From contig JBILLK010000005.1 of assembly GCA_044376115.1 (NCBI GenBank), positions 352,001 through 416,000 on the forward strand: a DNA stretch of 64,000 nt, read 5' to 3'. The notes under the pieces were generated by a model that was given only the letters and a program-made list of their open reading frames with translations, did no database searches and had not been told where the DNA came from. The position numbers and the translations under genes are program-made. Origin of the DNA: Polyangiaceae bacterium. Its GTDB lineage: Bacteria; Myxococcota_A; Polyangia; Polyangiales; Polyangiaceae. Below, piece after piece: positions 37,383 to 46,613 of the stretch; the stretch's first letter is position 1; each line of letters starts with the position of its first letter.

Positions 37383-38510
37383 GTGCTGTCACCGAAAGAC
37401 TTCTTCGACGCTCTCCGCTCCTCCAACGTAGCTCTTTTTGCCGGCGTCCCCGATTCGCTACTCAAAGACTTCTGCGCCTATGTAACGGATAACGCTCCGC
37501 GCGAGCGTCACGTGATTACGGCCAATGAGGGCAGCGCCGTCGCTCTCGTCATGGGGCACTATCTGGCGACGGGAGAGCTGGGCATGGTTTACATGCAGAA
37601 CTCCGGCTTGGGTAACACCGTCAATCCGCTCACCTCGCTGGCTGACCCGGCCGTGTACGGAATCCCGATGTTGCTAATGGTCGGTTGGCGCGGTCGTCCG
37701 GACGAACATGATGAGCCGCAGCACGTACAAATGGGCCGCGTCACGTTGGCGACGCTGCATGCCATTGGCATCAAGACGACCATCCTGCCCGACACGATGG
37801 AGGAGGCGAAGGCCGCTCTCGAGCTCGCGATCGCCGATGCAAAAGGGCGGAGCGCCCCCCACGCTTTGGTGGTCAAGAAAGGCACCTTCGACGGCTACAA
37901 GCTGCAGGCGAAAGATACGAACTCGTACAGCCTTACGCGTGAAGCGGCGATCGAGCAGATCGTCGCTGCGCTACCTGCAGACGCTTGCGTCGTCGCAACC
38001 ACAGGCATGCCGTCTCGCGAATTGTTCGAGATCCGTGAGCGTCGCAAAGAGACGCACGGGTCGGACTTCTTGACTGTCGGCGGCATGGGTCACGCCTCCC
38101 AAATTGCGCTTGGTGTTGCGCTCGCGCGCCCGAACCGAAAGGTCGTGTGCCTCGACGGTGATGGCGCCGTATTGATGCATATGGGCGGCCTAACGACGAT
38201 TGGGCAGTTGGCGCCGAAGAACTACTATCACGTAGTGCTCAACAACGGCGCGCACGACAGCGTTGGTGGGCAGCCCACCGTGGCCTTCGACGTGGATTTG
38301 CCGGCGGTGGCCCGTGCCTCCGGGTACCCACATACCAGCGCGGCGACGGATGAGGCTTCTTTGGCGGCGGCGCTTACCAGCTTCTTTGCTGGGGAAGGGC
38401 CGAGCTTGCTGGAGGTCCGCGTGAAGAAGGGTGCTCGCAAAGACTTGGGCCGTCCAACGCAGTCACCTGCTGATTTGACGCGCGACTTCAGCGCTTTTTT
38501 GCAGAAGTAG
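37383..38510 (+). CDS. aepY: Phosphonopyruvate decarboxylase (ThDP-dependent, fused alpha/beta)
   Basis: GVPDSLLK, ANEG, YMQNSGLGN, GWRG...DEPQH, TTGMPSRELFE, DFLTVGGMGHAS, DGDG...NN, HDSVGGQPT, LGRP. Confidence 0.9.
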   Translation: MLSPKDFFDALRSSNVALFAGVPDSLLKDFCAYVTDNAPRERHVITANEGSAVALVMGHYLATGELGMVYMQNSGLGNTVNPLTSLADPAVYGIPMLLMVGWRGRPDEHDEPQHVQMGRVTLATLHAIGIKTTILPDTMEEAKAALELAIADAKGRSAPHALVVKKGTFDGYKLQAKDTNSYSLTREAAIEQIVAALPADACVVATTGMPSRELFEIRERRKETHGSDFLTVGGMGHASQIALGVALARPNRKVVCLDGDGAVLMHMGGLTTIGQLAPKNYYHVVLNNGAHDSVGGQPTVAFDVDLPAVARASGYPHTSAATDEASLAAALTSFFAGEGPSLLEVRVKKGARKDLGRPTQSPADLTRDFSAFLQK

Positions 38511-38528
38511 AACGAACAAACTTGAGAG

Positions 38529-40076
38529 TCAGTACGCCGGTTCCGGCTCTTGAGCAGGTTCCGGCGGAGTCCCTTCAGGTGCCTCTGGTGCGTGGCAGCG
38601 GTCCACGGCTTCTTCTTCCAACTCGAGGATGCGCTCATTGACCTTCTCGTCGAGCGTGTTTCCCGCGGCCATTCCCCGGATCATGCGCGCCATCGCCAAG
38701 TAGTCGCGGCTGGCTTCCTCTCCCCAGTCCTCCTCAAAGTCGGTGGCCACCCGCTTGAGGTCTTTTGCGATGCGCTCGAAATCACCGGCGATTGCCTGAA
38801 AGTCGGGCTCGTCCACGGCGAGTCTACCGCGCGCGGTTTGGCTCCGATTGTGGAGCTCCTCGAGCTCGGCACAGATGGATTTGGCGGGTCGCTTCTTGCG
38901 CGGTGGTTCCTTGTCGTCGTCATCCGCGTTGTTGCTGCGGCTTTGCTTCTTGGTGCGGTTGCGGTTGGCGAGCCCGAGCCCGAGCACCAAGGTCAGCGCC
39001 GCCGCTGCTCCCCCCAAGAGCAGCATTCGCCGGTTGGACGGAGCAGCGGGAGCCTGCGCGGGGCTCGCCGCTGGAGTTTGGTCTGCGGAAGCGCCAGTCG
39101 GGAGCTGGGGACCCGAGGGCTGATGCGCCCAGGCCTGCGTCATCGGCGTTGGGCCTCCTGTTGGTGACGCCATCAAAGCGGGGTTCATCGCCTGGCCGAG
39201 GGCGCTGAAGCCAGCCATCGCCCGCTCGATATCGACTTCGCGCCGGGCTGGATCGCGTTCGACGAGGCGCAAAAACCAAGCGTCGAACGCCGGCGGAATG
39301 AGCGATCCTACGCCGAGCTCCAACGCCCGCTGACTCGGCGGCACGATCGGCTCGAAGAGGAGCTCACGAAGCAGCGTGTGCATACCGCTGCCGGCGTCGC
39401 TGGCCGCTCTCCAATAAGGCCGACCGGTGAGCAGATAGAACATGATCAGCCCGACCGCCCAAAGATCGGTACCTGGCCCAACGTGCGCTTGCCGCTCCGA
39501 TTGTTCGGGGGCCATCCACAGCGGCGTACCAAGGCCCATCGTTGCGCTGCTCTGCAGCTCGGTGACGAGCTTGGCGATCCCGAAGTCGAGGATCTTCAGG
39601 TGAAACTCGGCGTTCGCGCTGCGGGGTACGGCCAGAAACAGATTGCCCGGCTTGAGGTCGCGATGAACCACCCCGACTCGGTGAGCGCGCGAGAGCGCAT
39701 GCGCGAGCTGTTTACCGATCAGCGCCGCCTCCGCGAATGGGCGCGGCCCCAAGCGCTTGACGCGCACCTCGAGGTCTTCGCCGACGAGCAGCTCCATCAC
39801 CAGCCACGGCACCCAACCGTTGGCCTCGATGCCCGAAGCGATCACCGAGACGACGTGGTCGCTGTCGATGCGCGAGCCGATGCGGGCCTCGAGTAGAAAG
39901 CGGTCCCGCATGGTTTGGTCCACCACCAGCTCTGGGCGCATCAATTTGAGCGCCCGCTTCGCTCCGGTGGACAGCTGCTCAACGGCGAACACCGAGCCCA
40001 TACCGCCCGACGACAACGCACGCTCGATACGAAAATCTCCCGCAAAGATGGAGCCCGGAGCGAGCGATAGATTCAC
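38529..40076 (-). CDS. Ser/Thr protein kinase with TM helix and small helical C-terminal domain
   Basis: SSGGMGSV, ALK, HRDLKPGN, DFG, GTPLWMAPE; TM MLLLGGAAAALTLVLGLGL. Confidence 0.93.
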   Translation of the reverse strand: MNLSLAPGSIFAGDFRIERALSSGGMGSVFAVEQLSTGAKRALKLMRPELVVDQTMRDRFLLEARIGSRIDSDHVVSVIASGIEANGWVPWLVMELLVGEDLEVRVKRLGPRPFAEAALIGKQLAHALSRAHRVGVVHRDLKPGNLFLAVPRSANAEFHLKILDFGIAKLVTELQSSATMGLGTPLWMAPEQSERQAHVGPGTDLWAVGLIMFYLLTGRPYWRAASDAGSGMHTLLRELLFEPIVPPSQRALELGVGSLIPPAFDAWFLRLVERDPARREVDIERAMAGFSALGQAMNPALMASPTGGPTPMTQAWAHQPSGPQLPTGASADQTPAASPAQAPAAPSNRRMLLLGGAAAALTLVLGLGLANRNRTKKQSRSNNADDDDKEPPRKKRPAKSICAELEELHNRSQTARGRLAVDEPDFQAIAGDFERIAKDLKRVATDFEEDWGEEASRDYLAMARMIRGMAAGNTLDEKVNERILELEEEAVDRCHAPEAPEGTPPEPAQEPEPAY

Positions 40077-40136
40077 CCGCCCAAGGTACCGACATGGAGC
40101 CGAAGCGCAACGACTGCCGCTGCCCAGCCGCTAGGC

Positions 40137-40850
40137 TCAGGAAAAGCAGCGCACGCCGGGTAGAATTTCGTACAGCGCCACTCGGCTAGGTTTCTTGGCG
40201 CTCTGTCGCGAAGGGACGCTCACGAACTTCCACTCGGGTAACACCAACGCGGTGAGCCTGCCGCCGTACGCGCAGCCGGTGTCGACGGCCGCAGCATTGG
40301 CGTGAACGAAGGGTTCGGCCACCACCGTATGACCGAAGATGATCCGCTCCGGGCCTCCCCATTGTGTGGCCCAGAACGACGTATCGGCGGGCGCTTTGGA
40401 AGGCCAAAAGCTCTTCTTGTCAAGGCCGTTGGTGTTTTGCAGGTGAAGCAGGTGATAGGGGTCTTGCCGCTCGATTGGACGCCCAGGAAAGACGCCTGCG
40501 TGGACGACCACGGCTTGGTGCTCGGGTAGCCGAAGGAACAAGGGCAGGCCGCTCAGGTACTGATAGTGGGCCTCCCCGAGGCTCGCCCTCGTTCGCAGAT
40601 GTTCGGGCGACAGCTTGTGAGGGGCGCTAAATCTTCGCGCGAGGTGATTCTCCTCATGATTGCCCAGGATCGACTCGAACCTGGCCGCCAGCTCAACACA
40701 GCCGGCCGGGTCAGGTCCACGATCCACGAGGTCGCCTGTGAAGATCACGCGGTCGTGTGGGGATGGCCCTAGCTTGTCCAGCAGGTCGCGCGCTTCATGC
40801 ACGCAGCCATGCAGGTCTCCGATGATGAAGGTGCGGTTCATGGTCTTCAC
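40137..40850 (-). CDS. PPP-family metallophosphoesterase (ApaH/PrpE-like)
   Basis: IGDLHGC, GDLVDRG, GNHE, VHAG, FGHT, DTGCAYGG.LTAL. Confidence 0.9.
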   Translation of the reverse strand: MKTMNRTFIIGDLHGCVHEARDLLDKLGPSPHDRVIFTGDLVDRGPDPAGCVELAARFESILGNHEENHLARRFSAPHKLSPEHLRTRASLGEAHYQYLSGLPLFLRLPEHQAVVVHAGVFPGRPIERQDPYHLLHLQNTNGLDKKSFWPSKAPADTSFWATQWGGPERIIFGHTVVAEPFVHANAAAVDTGCAYGGRLTALVLPEWKFVSVPSRQSAKKPSRVALYEILPGVRCFS

Positions 40851-40970
40851 CTACGAGGCAGGCTCGGACGCCTGACGAGTCCTCCCCTCGATGGCTGAAG
40901 CGCCAGTAACCCTGCTTGCGGCCATCGCAGGGGCTCGATCCAGACCTTGGATGGCGCTATCGTGACAATC

Positions 40971-42533
40971 TTGAAAACTCTGCGTCACGGTCCTGTTCTG
41001 CTTGCGCTTCTTGGCCTGGTTCACTGCGACGGGGATTCGTCGTCGATCGACGGTGGCGGTGGGCAAGGCGGTAGCGGTCCGCTCGAGGCACTGCCGCCGC
41101 TCTCGAGGGCGCCGCTCACCACGGAAGAACGGCTCGATCCGGTTCGCTCCCAGGACCAAACGGGCGTGAAAGATCCGCGCCTGACCGACAACGTGCTCGC
41201 GCTGCTCGAGGACGGCTACGGCGATTACAACGTAGTCGAGGGGGAGCCTGTGCTGCGTCGCACGCTCGACGACACCCAAGCACCCGAACCAGGCGCCAAC
41301 GCGGCGTTGATTACCCGGTTCGTTCATTTGGCCGATAGCCAACTTGCCGATGATGAGTCCCCCGCCCGCGTAATCAACGTTGATAGCCCAATGGGGCTCA
41401 CCGGCGGCGCCTTCCGTCCACAAGAAGGGCACGCGTGTCGCATCCTCAACGCTGCGGTGCGCACCATCAACAAGATCCACGAAGATAGCCCGTTGTCCTT
41501 GGTTCTGCTCGGCGGTGACAACGCTGATAACGCTCAAGCGAATGAAGTCGATTGGGTGCTCTCATTGCTATCCGGTCAAGCCGAGCTCGAGTGTGATTCG
41601 GGCGCAAATGATGATCCGGTTGCAGGCCCCAACAATGATCCGAAGGACCCCTTCGTCGCTGAGGGGCTGGATGTGCCGTGGGTTTGGGTAACTGGCAATC
41701 ACGACATCCTCAATCAGGGCAATTATGCGGTGACGTCGTATGCGGATACCTACCTAAGCGACTACTCGGAGGTGGGCGCTCGCGATTGGTCCCAGCCGGG
41801 GGGGCCCGTCGTGGTTGGCGATGTGGTTGCTGATCCAGCTCGCGCGGGCCTCAGCTCAAGCGAGATCCTGACGCGAGTTCGCGCCGACGGAGATGGCCAC
41901 GGCATCACCGAAGAGGCAGCGAGTTCAGGGCGAGCGTACTACCAAGTAGATATTGCCGGCTCCGATGTCCGGCTGCTCGTGCTGGACACTGCGGCTCCCC
42001 TCGGCAGCGCTGAGGGGCTAATCCACCGCGGGGAAGTCGACAATTTCTTGGTACCAGCGCTGGATATGGCGCTCGCGGCCGGTAAGTACGTAATCGTCAC
42101 GTCGCATCATGCCTCTGGCCAGCTCACTGACGGCGGCGGCTTCGGCGGAGTGGCTCAAGACGATGCGGTCCTCACCGAGGAGTTCCGCAACATTCTCGGG
42201 GAGTACCCCAACGTGCTCATGCACTTGGCGGGGCATACCCACCATCACAAGATCGAACGGCTGGTACCGAGCGAGGCGCCTTATACCTATTGGGAAGTGG
42301 AAACCGCTGCCCTCGCGGACTTCCCGCATCAAATGCGCGTGATTGAGATCTGGGACCTCGACAACGGCTTTCTCAGCATTCGCAGCGTCGCCTTTGATTA
42401 TCAGACCGAGAGCGACGCCGTGGCCGAGGAGGGCCGCAGCCTTGGCTTTCTCGACTTTACCTCCGGGTGGCAAGGGGAGGGGCGAGGGGACGCAAACGAT
42501 CGTAACGTCGAGCTGTACGTTCCAGCTCCGTGA
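40971..42533 (+). CDS. Secreted calcineurin-like metallophosphoesterase lipoprotein (TIGR03767/03768-like)
   Basis: Possible lipobox GLVHC; ADSQLADDESP.R, GGDNAD, GNHD, SHH, GHTH. Start placed at TTG 40971 (ORF track start is 40947). Confidence 0.78.
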   Translation: MKTLRHGPVLLALLGLVHCDGDSSSIDGGGGQGGSGPLEALPPLSRAPLTTEERLDPVRSQDQTGVKDPRLTDNVLALLEDGYGDYNVVEGEPVLRRTLDDTQAPEPGANAALITRFVHLADSQLADDESPARVINVDSPMGLTGGAFRPQEGHACRILNAAVRTINKIHEDSPLSLVLLGGDNADNAQANEVDWVLSLLSGQAELECDSGANDDPVAGPNNDPKDPFVAEGLDVPWVWVTGNHDILNQGNYAVTSYADTYLSDYSEVGARDWSQPGGPVVVGDVVADPARAGLSSSEILTRVRADGDGHGITEEAASSGRAYYQVDIAGSDVRLLVLDTAAPLGSAEGLIHRGEVDNFLVPALDMALAAGKYVIVTSHHASGQLTDGGGFGGVAQDDAVLTEEFRNILGEYPNVLMHLAGHTHHHKIERLVPSEAPYTYWEVETAALADFPHQMRVIEIWDLDNGFLSIRSVAFDYQTESDAVAEEGRSLGFLDFTSGWQGEGRGDANDRNVELYVPAP

Positions 42534-42548
42534 CGGCGCAGCCTCGTG

Positions 42549-43334
42549 TCAGAAGGTGCGGAGTTGCTCGCCTGCCGTGAAGAGCGCGCGGCGAGCCAAG
42601 ACCACCGCAGTGCTTCCCGATACGGCCGCCACAATCACCAGTTGGTACATGATTACGAGTTGGTAGCGGACTGCGTGTTCGGGCGCCGTTCCACTCACGA
42701 TTTGGCCGGTCATCATGCCCGGAAGCGCAACCAGCCCGACGGTGAGCAGCCCGTTGATGGTCGGGATCAGCGCTGCTCGAAGGGCGTCACGAACCGGGCG
42801 CGCCAGTGCCTGCACCGGGGTGGCCCCGAGGGCGAGCCACTGCTCGATCTCCGCGCGGTCGTTGCATACGGAGGTGAAGAGCCGTTCGAGCACCTGAGCC
42901 ACGACGTTCATCGCGTTGGCGACGATCATCCCCGTGATTGGAACCACGTAGCGCGGGCTCCACCAAGGGTCCGGCTGCACAACGAAGAGAAAGACCGGCA
43001 GCAGCGCCATCAGCGAGCCCACGGTGATCGCCAGCATGACGCTCGGCAATAGCACTCGAAGCGGAGGACCGTGTTCGATGCGGCGCGCGCTCGTCCAGGT
43101 GGCGGCTGTGAGCATGGTCGAGAGCAGCAACAAGACCCAGGCTGGGTGCTTTGTCTGAAACAGCGTGAGCAGCACGTAACCCACGGCCAACAGCTGTGCG
43201 CCACCACGCAAGATACCGACGACGAGCTCACGACCGAGGTCGAGCTTGGCTGCGCGCGAAACCCAGAGCGAACACACCAGCACGAGGGCCAAAACGATGA
43301 GCAGCCGCCAGGGCGCAATATCGATGTAGTTCAT
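42549..43334 (-). CDS. fetB: FetB/UPF0014-type ABC transporter permease
   Basis: R...QLLAVGYVL, PRYVVPITGMI, LALGAT, LIPTIN...VGLVALPGMMTGQIVSG...AVRYQ. Confidence 0.85.
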   Translation of the reverse strand: MNYIDIAPWRLLIVLALVLVCSLWVSRAAKLDLGRELVVGILRGGAQLLAVGYVLLTLFQTKHPAWVLLLLSTMLTAATWTSARRIEHGPPLRVLLPSVMLAITVGSLMALLPVFLFVVQPDPWWSPRYVVPITGMIVANAMNVVAQVLERLFTSVCNDRAEIEQWLALGATPVQALARPVRDALRAALIPTINGLLTVGLVALPGMMTGQIVSGTAPEHAVRYQLVIMYQLVIVAAVSGSTAVVLARRALFTAGEQLRTF

Positions 43335-43981
43335 ACGCGCTGCAGCCTTCCGCGTAGAAAGCGATAGGCGCTGCCAGCTAGCCACGAAGCTTGTTCGGGC
43401 TCATGGCTGACGATGACAACGGCCGCTCCTTGCGCTGCGTAGGCTTTGAGCTCGCAGAGGACGCTACGCGCCGTTTCCGGATCCAAGGCGGCGGTCGGCT
43501 CATCGCAGAGCAAGACTTTGGGATCGAGCGCCAAGGCTCGCGCTAGTGCGACCCGTTGCTGTTCACCGCCAGAGAGCTCTTTGGCGCTGCGCGAGGTGAA
43601 GTCTGCGGCGAGTGCGACTCCTTGCAATAGTCGTCGAAGCTGCTCCTCGTCGAGCTGCGTGCCTCGCAAGCGTGGACCCGCTTGGAGGTTGACGCTGCCC
43701 GCGAACATCACGGCTCGCTGGGCGACATACCCAACGAGTGAGCGATAGGTTGAGGGCGCCAGGGTTTGCGCGGGCTTTCCATCGAGCCAAAGCGCTCCTC
43801 TTGCGAGCTCTTGCAGTCCGGCGAGCGCGCGGAGCAGCGTGCTTTTGCCGCTGCCTGACGGCCCCTCGATCACCACCACCTCACCCGGGTCGAGCGAGAA
43901 CTCGAGCTCGTCCAAAACCAGCCGAGTGTCGAAACGAACCGTGAGCTGACGCGCGCACAGGCGCGGCTTTGGGTCCTGCAT
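43331..43981 (-). CDS. fetA: FetA-like ABC transporter ATP-binding protein
   Basis: GPSGSGKST, LSGGEQQR, LLCDEPT, VSHE. Start at ATG 43981; 4-bp overlap with the permease. Confidence 0.82.
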   Translation of the reverse strand: MQDPKPRLCARQLTVRFDTRLVLDELEFSLDPGEVVVIEGPSGSGKSTLLRALAGLQELARGALWLDGKPAQTLAPSTYRSLVGYVAQRAVMFAGSVNLQAGPRLRGTQLDEEQLRRLLQGVALAADFTSRSAKELSGGEQQRVALARALALDPKVLLCDEPTAALDPETARSVLCELKAYAAQGAAVVIVSHEPEQASWLAGSAYRFLRGRLQRV

Positions 43982-43992
43982 CGGCAGGCGCG

Positions 43993-44667
43993 CTACAGCG
44001 CGATTTGGCTGGTCGCGATGCCGGTGGCCAGCGCCACCGCCACGGGAATCGAGAAGTTGTCGTCGAAACGACGGCTGGAGCCGAGCTCGGCGAGGGCGCC
44101 CGCTGTCCCTGCGACCAGCGCGACGATCAGCGCTTGGACCGGCGCGGCGCCGGTGGCCAGGAGCCAAATGAGCGATGCCAGCGCGCCGACCACCACGAAC
44201 GCCAAGGTGCCCTCGAGCGTACGGTTGGCCGAGAGCTGGATGCGACCGAAGCGCCGCCCCACGACGCCTGCCGCCGGGTCTGCGAGCCCGAGTACGAGCA
44301 CGGCCAACTCCGCCCCGCGCATTGGCGCTAGGGCGGCAATCAACGTCAAGGCGGTCACGTACCAGGTTGACGAATTGGTGTGATGGCGCTCATGGGCGTG
44401 CGCCACCGGCCCAAAGAACGACATCAGCTTGGCGTTGATCTCAGGGCTTCTGCGCCGCAGAAACTCCGAGGTCCAAGCGAAGGTGGCAAACGCGGCCGCC
44501 AAGGCAAACAGCCACCAGCGCCCGGGCAATAGCCGAATCAGCGCCAGCGAAACGAAGCCGGCGGTGACGTGGAAGCCGCTGCGGGCCAGGTTGGTGGGAC
44601 GCGTGATGGGCGTCCGCTCCGACGCACCTTCAGCAAACGGCAGAGCAAGCGGGGTGGCTTTCGACAC
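43993..44667 (-). CDS. CTP-dependent lipid kinase (dolichol/phytol/diacylglycerol kinase family)
   Basis: RSGFHV, ADPAAGVVGRRFG, RTLEGT, DDNFSIP; multi-TM protein. Confidence 0.78.
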   Translation of the reverse strand: MSKATPLALPFAEGASERTPITRPTNLARSGFHVTAGFVSLALIRLLPGRWWLFALAAAFATFAWTSEFLRRRSPEINAKLMSFFGPVAHAHERHHTNSSTWYVTALTLIAALAPMRGAELAVLVLGLADPAAGVVGRRFGRIQLSANRTLEGTLAFVVVGALASLIWLLATGAAPVQALIVALVAGTAGALAELGSSRRFDDNFSIPVAVALATGIATSQIAL

Positions 44668-44755
44668 GGCCTGGGGACCCTAGTCGAGCCGGTCTTGCGC
44701 GGTATCAGAATCTCGTCATTTCGCGGTGGACTGGTCCGCCGACGGCTTTGGGAGG

Positions 44756-46564
44756 TTAGGCGGCGATGAACTGGCGCTCCACCAGTCTGCGATAAATCCC
44801 CTCTTCCCGCATTAGCTGCTGGTGGGTACCGCTCTGCGCGATGCGACCACCCTCGAGAACCACCACCAGGTCGGCGTCGGCGATGGTGGAGAGCCGGTGT
44901 GCGATGACCAAGGTGGTTCGCCGACTGCCATCCCGTCGACTGCCCTCTCGCAGTCGCTCCAACGCCTCGCGGACCAGATGCTCGCTCTCAGCGTCCAACG
45001 CGCTGGTGGCCTCATCCAGAATCAGCACCCGCGGATCTTTGAGCACCGCCCGAGCGATCGCCACGCGCTGCTTCTGTCCGCCGGAGAGCTGGATACCGCG
45101 CTCACCCACCTTGGTTTCGTAGCCCTCGGGGAACTGCGCAATGAAGGCGTGGGCGTTGGCGACGGTTGCAGCCTCGCGGACCTCGGCGTCGCTGGCGTCG
45201 ATGCGGCCGTAGCGAATGTTGTCGGCGATGGAGGCCGAGAACAGCACCGGCTCTTGGGAGACCACCCCGACTTGCGAGCGGAGCCAACTCGGATCGAGCT
45301 CACGAAGGTCCACGCCATCGAGCTGCAAGCTGCCCTCGGTTGGATCGTAGAAGCGCGTGAGCAGCGCTGCGATCGTGCTCTTACCGGCTCCGGAAGGACC
45401 GACGAGCGCAACCACCTGCCCAGGCTCGATGGCGAGTTCGAAGTCCTTCAAGACCGCCACTTGCGGGCGCGTTGGATAGGCGAAGCCCACGTGCTCGAAG
45501 GCGATCCGGCCAGGCACCTTCTCCAGCGTTTTTCCACCATGCAGCGAGATGGTCGGTGTGCGATCCAGCAGAGCAAAGAGCCTCTCACTGACGCCCGCAG
45601 CTCTCATGAAGTCGGACCAAACATCCGCCAAAGCGGCCAAGGAAACCGCGACGGTAATCGTGTAGATCAAGAAGGACGTGAGATCCCCGGCGCTCATTTC
45701 GCCGCTCCGAACCAGCCGGCCGCCGTACCAAAAGACGAGCGCTACGGCGCCGAACGCGGCGCTCATCGACACGCCCATGAATACGCCGCTTACGTTGATG
45801 CGCGTCTTGGCGAGCGCGAAGCTCGCGTCGAGCTGCGACTCGTAGTGCTTCGTCTCGCGCCCCTCGGCGGCGAAGGCGCGCACGGTGCGCAAGTTCGCGA
45901 TGCTCTCTTCGGCGGTCGCCGAGGCCTCAGCGAGCTTGTCCTGAACGGCACGGGCCAGCCGCCGTACGCGCTTGCCGTAGCTGACGGCCCCAATGGCGAT
46001 GGCCGGGACGACCGCGAGCATCAGCAGCGTAAGCGGTGGTGAGGTGAAGAACAGCATCACCACGCCGCCTAGAACCATGGCGCAGTTGCGCAGCAACATC
46101 GAGATATTCGAGCTAACGGCGCTCTGCAGGACGGCGGTATCCGAAGCCAAGCTGCTCGATAGGTCGCCCGTTCGCTTCTCGTCGAAGAAAGCCACGTCTT
46201 GCTCGAGGATCCGTTCGAACACCTGCTTTCGAAGCCGAGCGACGACCCGCTCCCCGGCGGTGGTGAACAGAATGAAGCGGAGGGCGCCCGCGACGCCTTG
46301 CACCAGGAACGTCAGGAACATGAACATCGCGGTCTGATCGATGATGGCCGCGTCCGAGTTCGGGTCGAGCGCACCATCGATGATGCGGCGGATGGCCTGC
46401 GGGAAGATCAGACTTCCGGCGCTGCTGATGCCCAGCATCAACAAGCCCACGCCGAGCGGCTTCCACTCAGGCCGGGCCAACCCCAAGACCCGCAACAAGA
46501 GCGCTCGCGCTTTCCTTACGGGTACTTTCGGCGCTTCAGGGCTTTGCACGGGCGGACTATGCAA
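44756..46564 (-). CDS. Fused ABC exporter (TMD + NBD, MsbA/ABCB10-like)
   Basis: Six-TM domain; GPSGAGKST, LSGGQKQR, ILDEATSALD, IAHRLST. Confidence 0.93.
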   Translation of the reverse strand: MHSPPVQSPEAPKVPVRKARALLLRVLGLARPEWKPLGVGLLMLGISSAGSLIFPQAIRRIIDGALDPNSDAAIIDQTAMFMFLTFLVQGVAGALRFILFTTAGERVVARLRKQVFERILEQDVAFFDEKRTGDLSSSLASDTAVLQSAVSSNISMLLRNCAMVLGGVVMLFFTSPPLTLLMLAVVPAIAIGAVSYGKRVRRLARAVQDKLAEASATAEESIANLRTVRAFAAEGRETKHYESQLDASFALAKTRINVSGVFMGVSMSAAFGAVALVFWYGGRLVRSGEMSAGDLTSFLIYTITVAVSLAALADVWSDFMRAAGVSERLFALLDRTPTISLHGGKTLEKVPGRIAFEHVGFAYPTRPQVAVLKDFELAIEPGQVVALVGPSGAGKSTIAALLTRFYDPTEGSLQLDGVDLRELDPSWLRSQVGVVSQEPVLFSASIADNIRYGRIDASDAEVREAATVANAHAFIAQFPEGYETKVGERGIQLSGGQKQRVAIARAVLKDPRVLILDEATSALDAESEHLVREALERLREGSRRDGSRRTTLVIAHRLSTIADADLVVVLEGGRIAQSGTHQQLMREEGIYRRLVERQFIAA

Positions 46565-46613
46565 CCAGCGCGGATCTAGCGCGAGGGTTTCGCTGTTGTG
46601 TTAGGAAGATTGC

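Noticed and set aside
43982..44167. Long N-terminal extension of the FetA-like ORF
   Set aside because: It overlaps the lipid-kinase gene in another frame; ATG 43981 gives a normal-sized ATPase domain.
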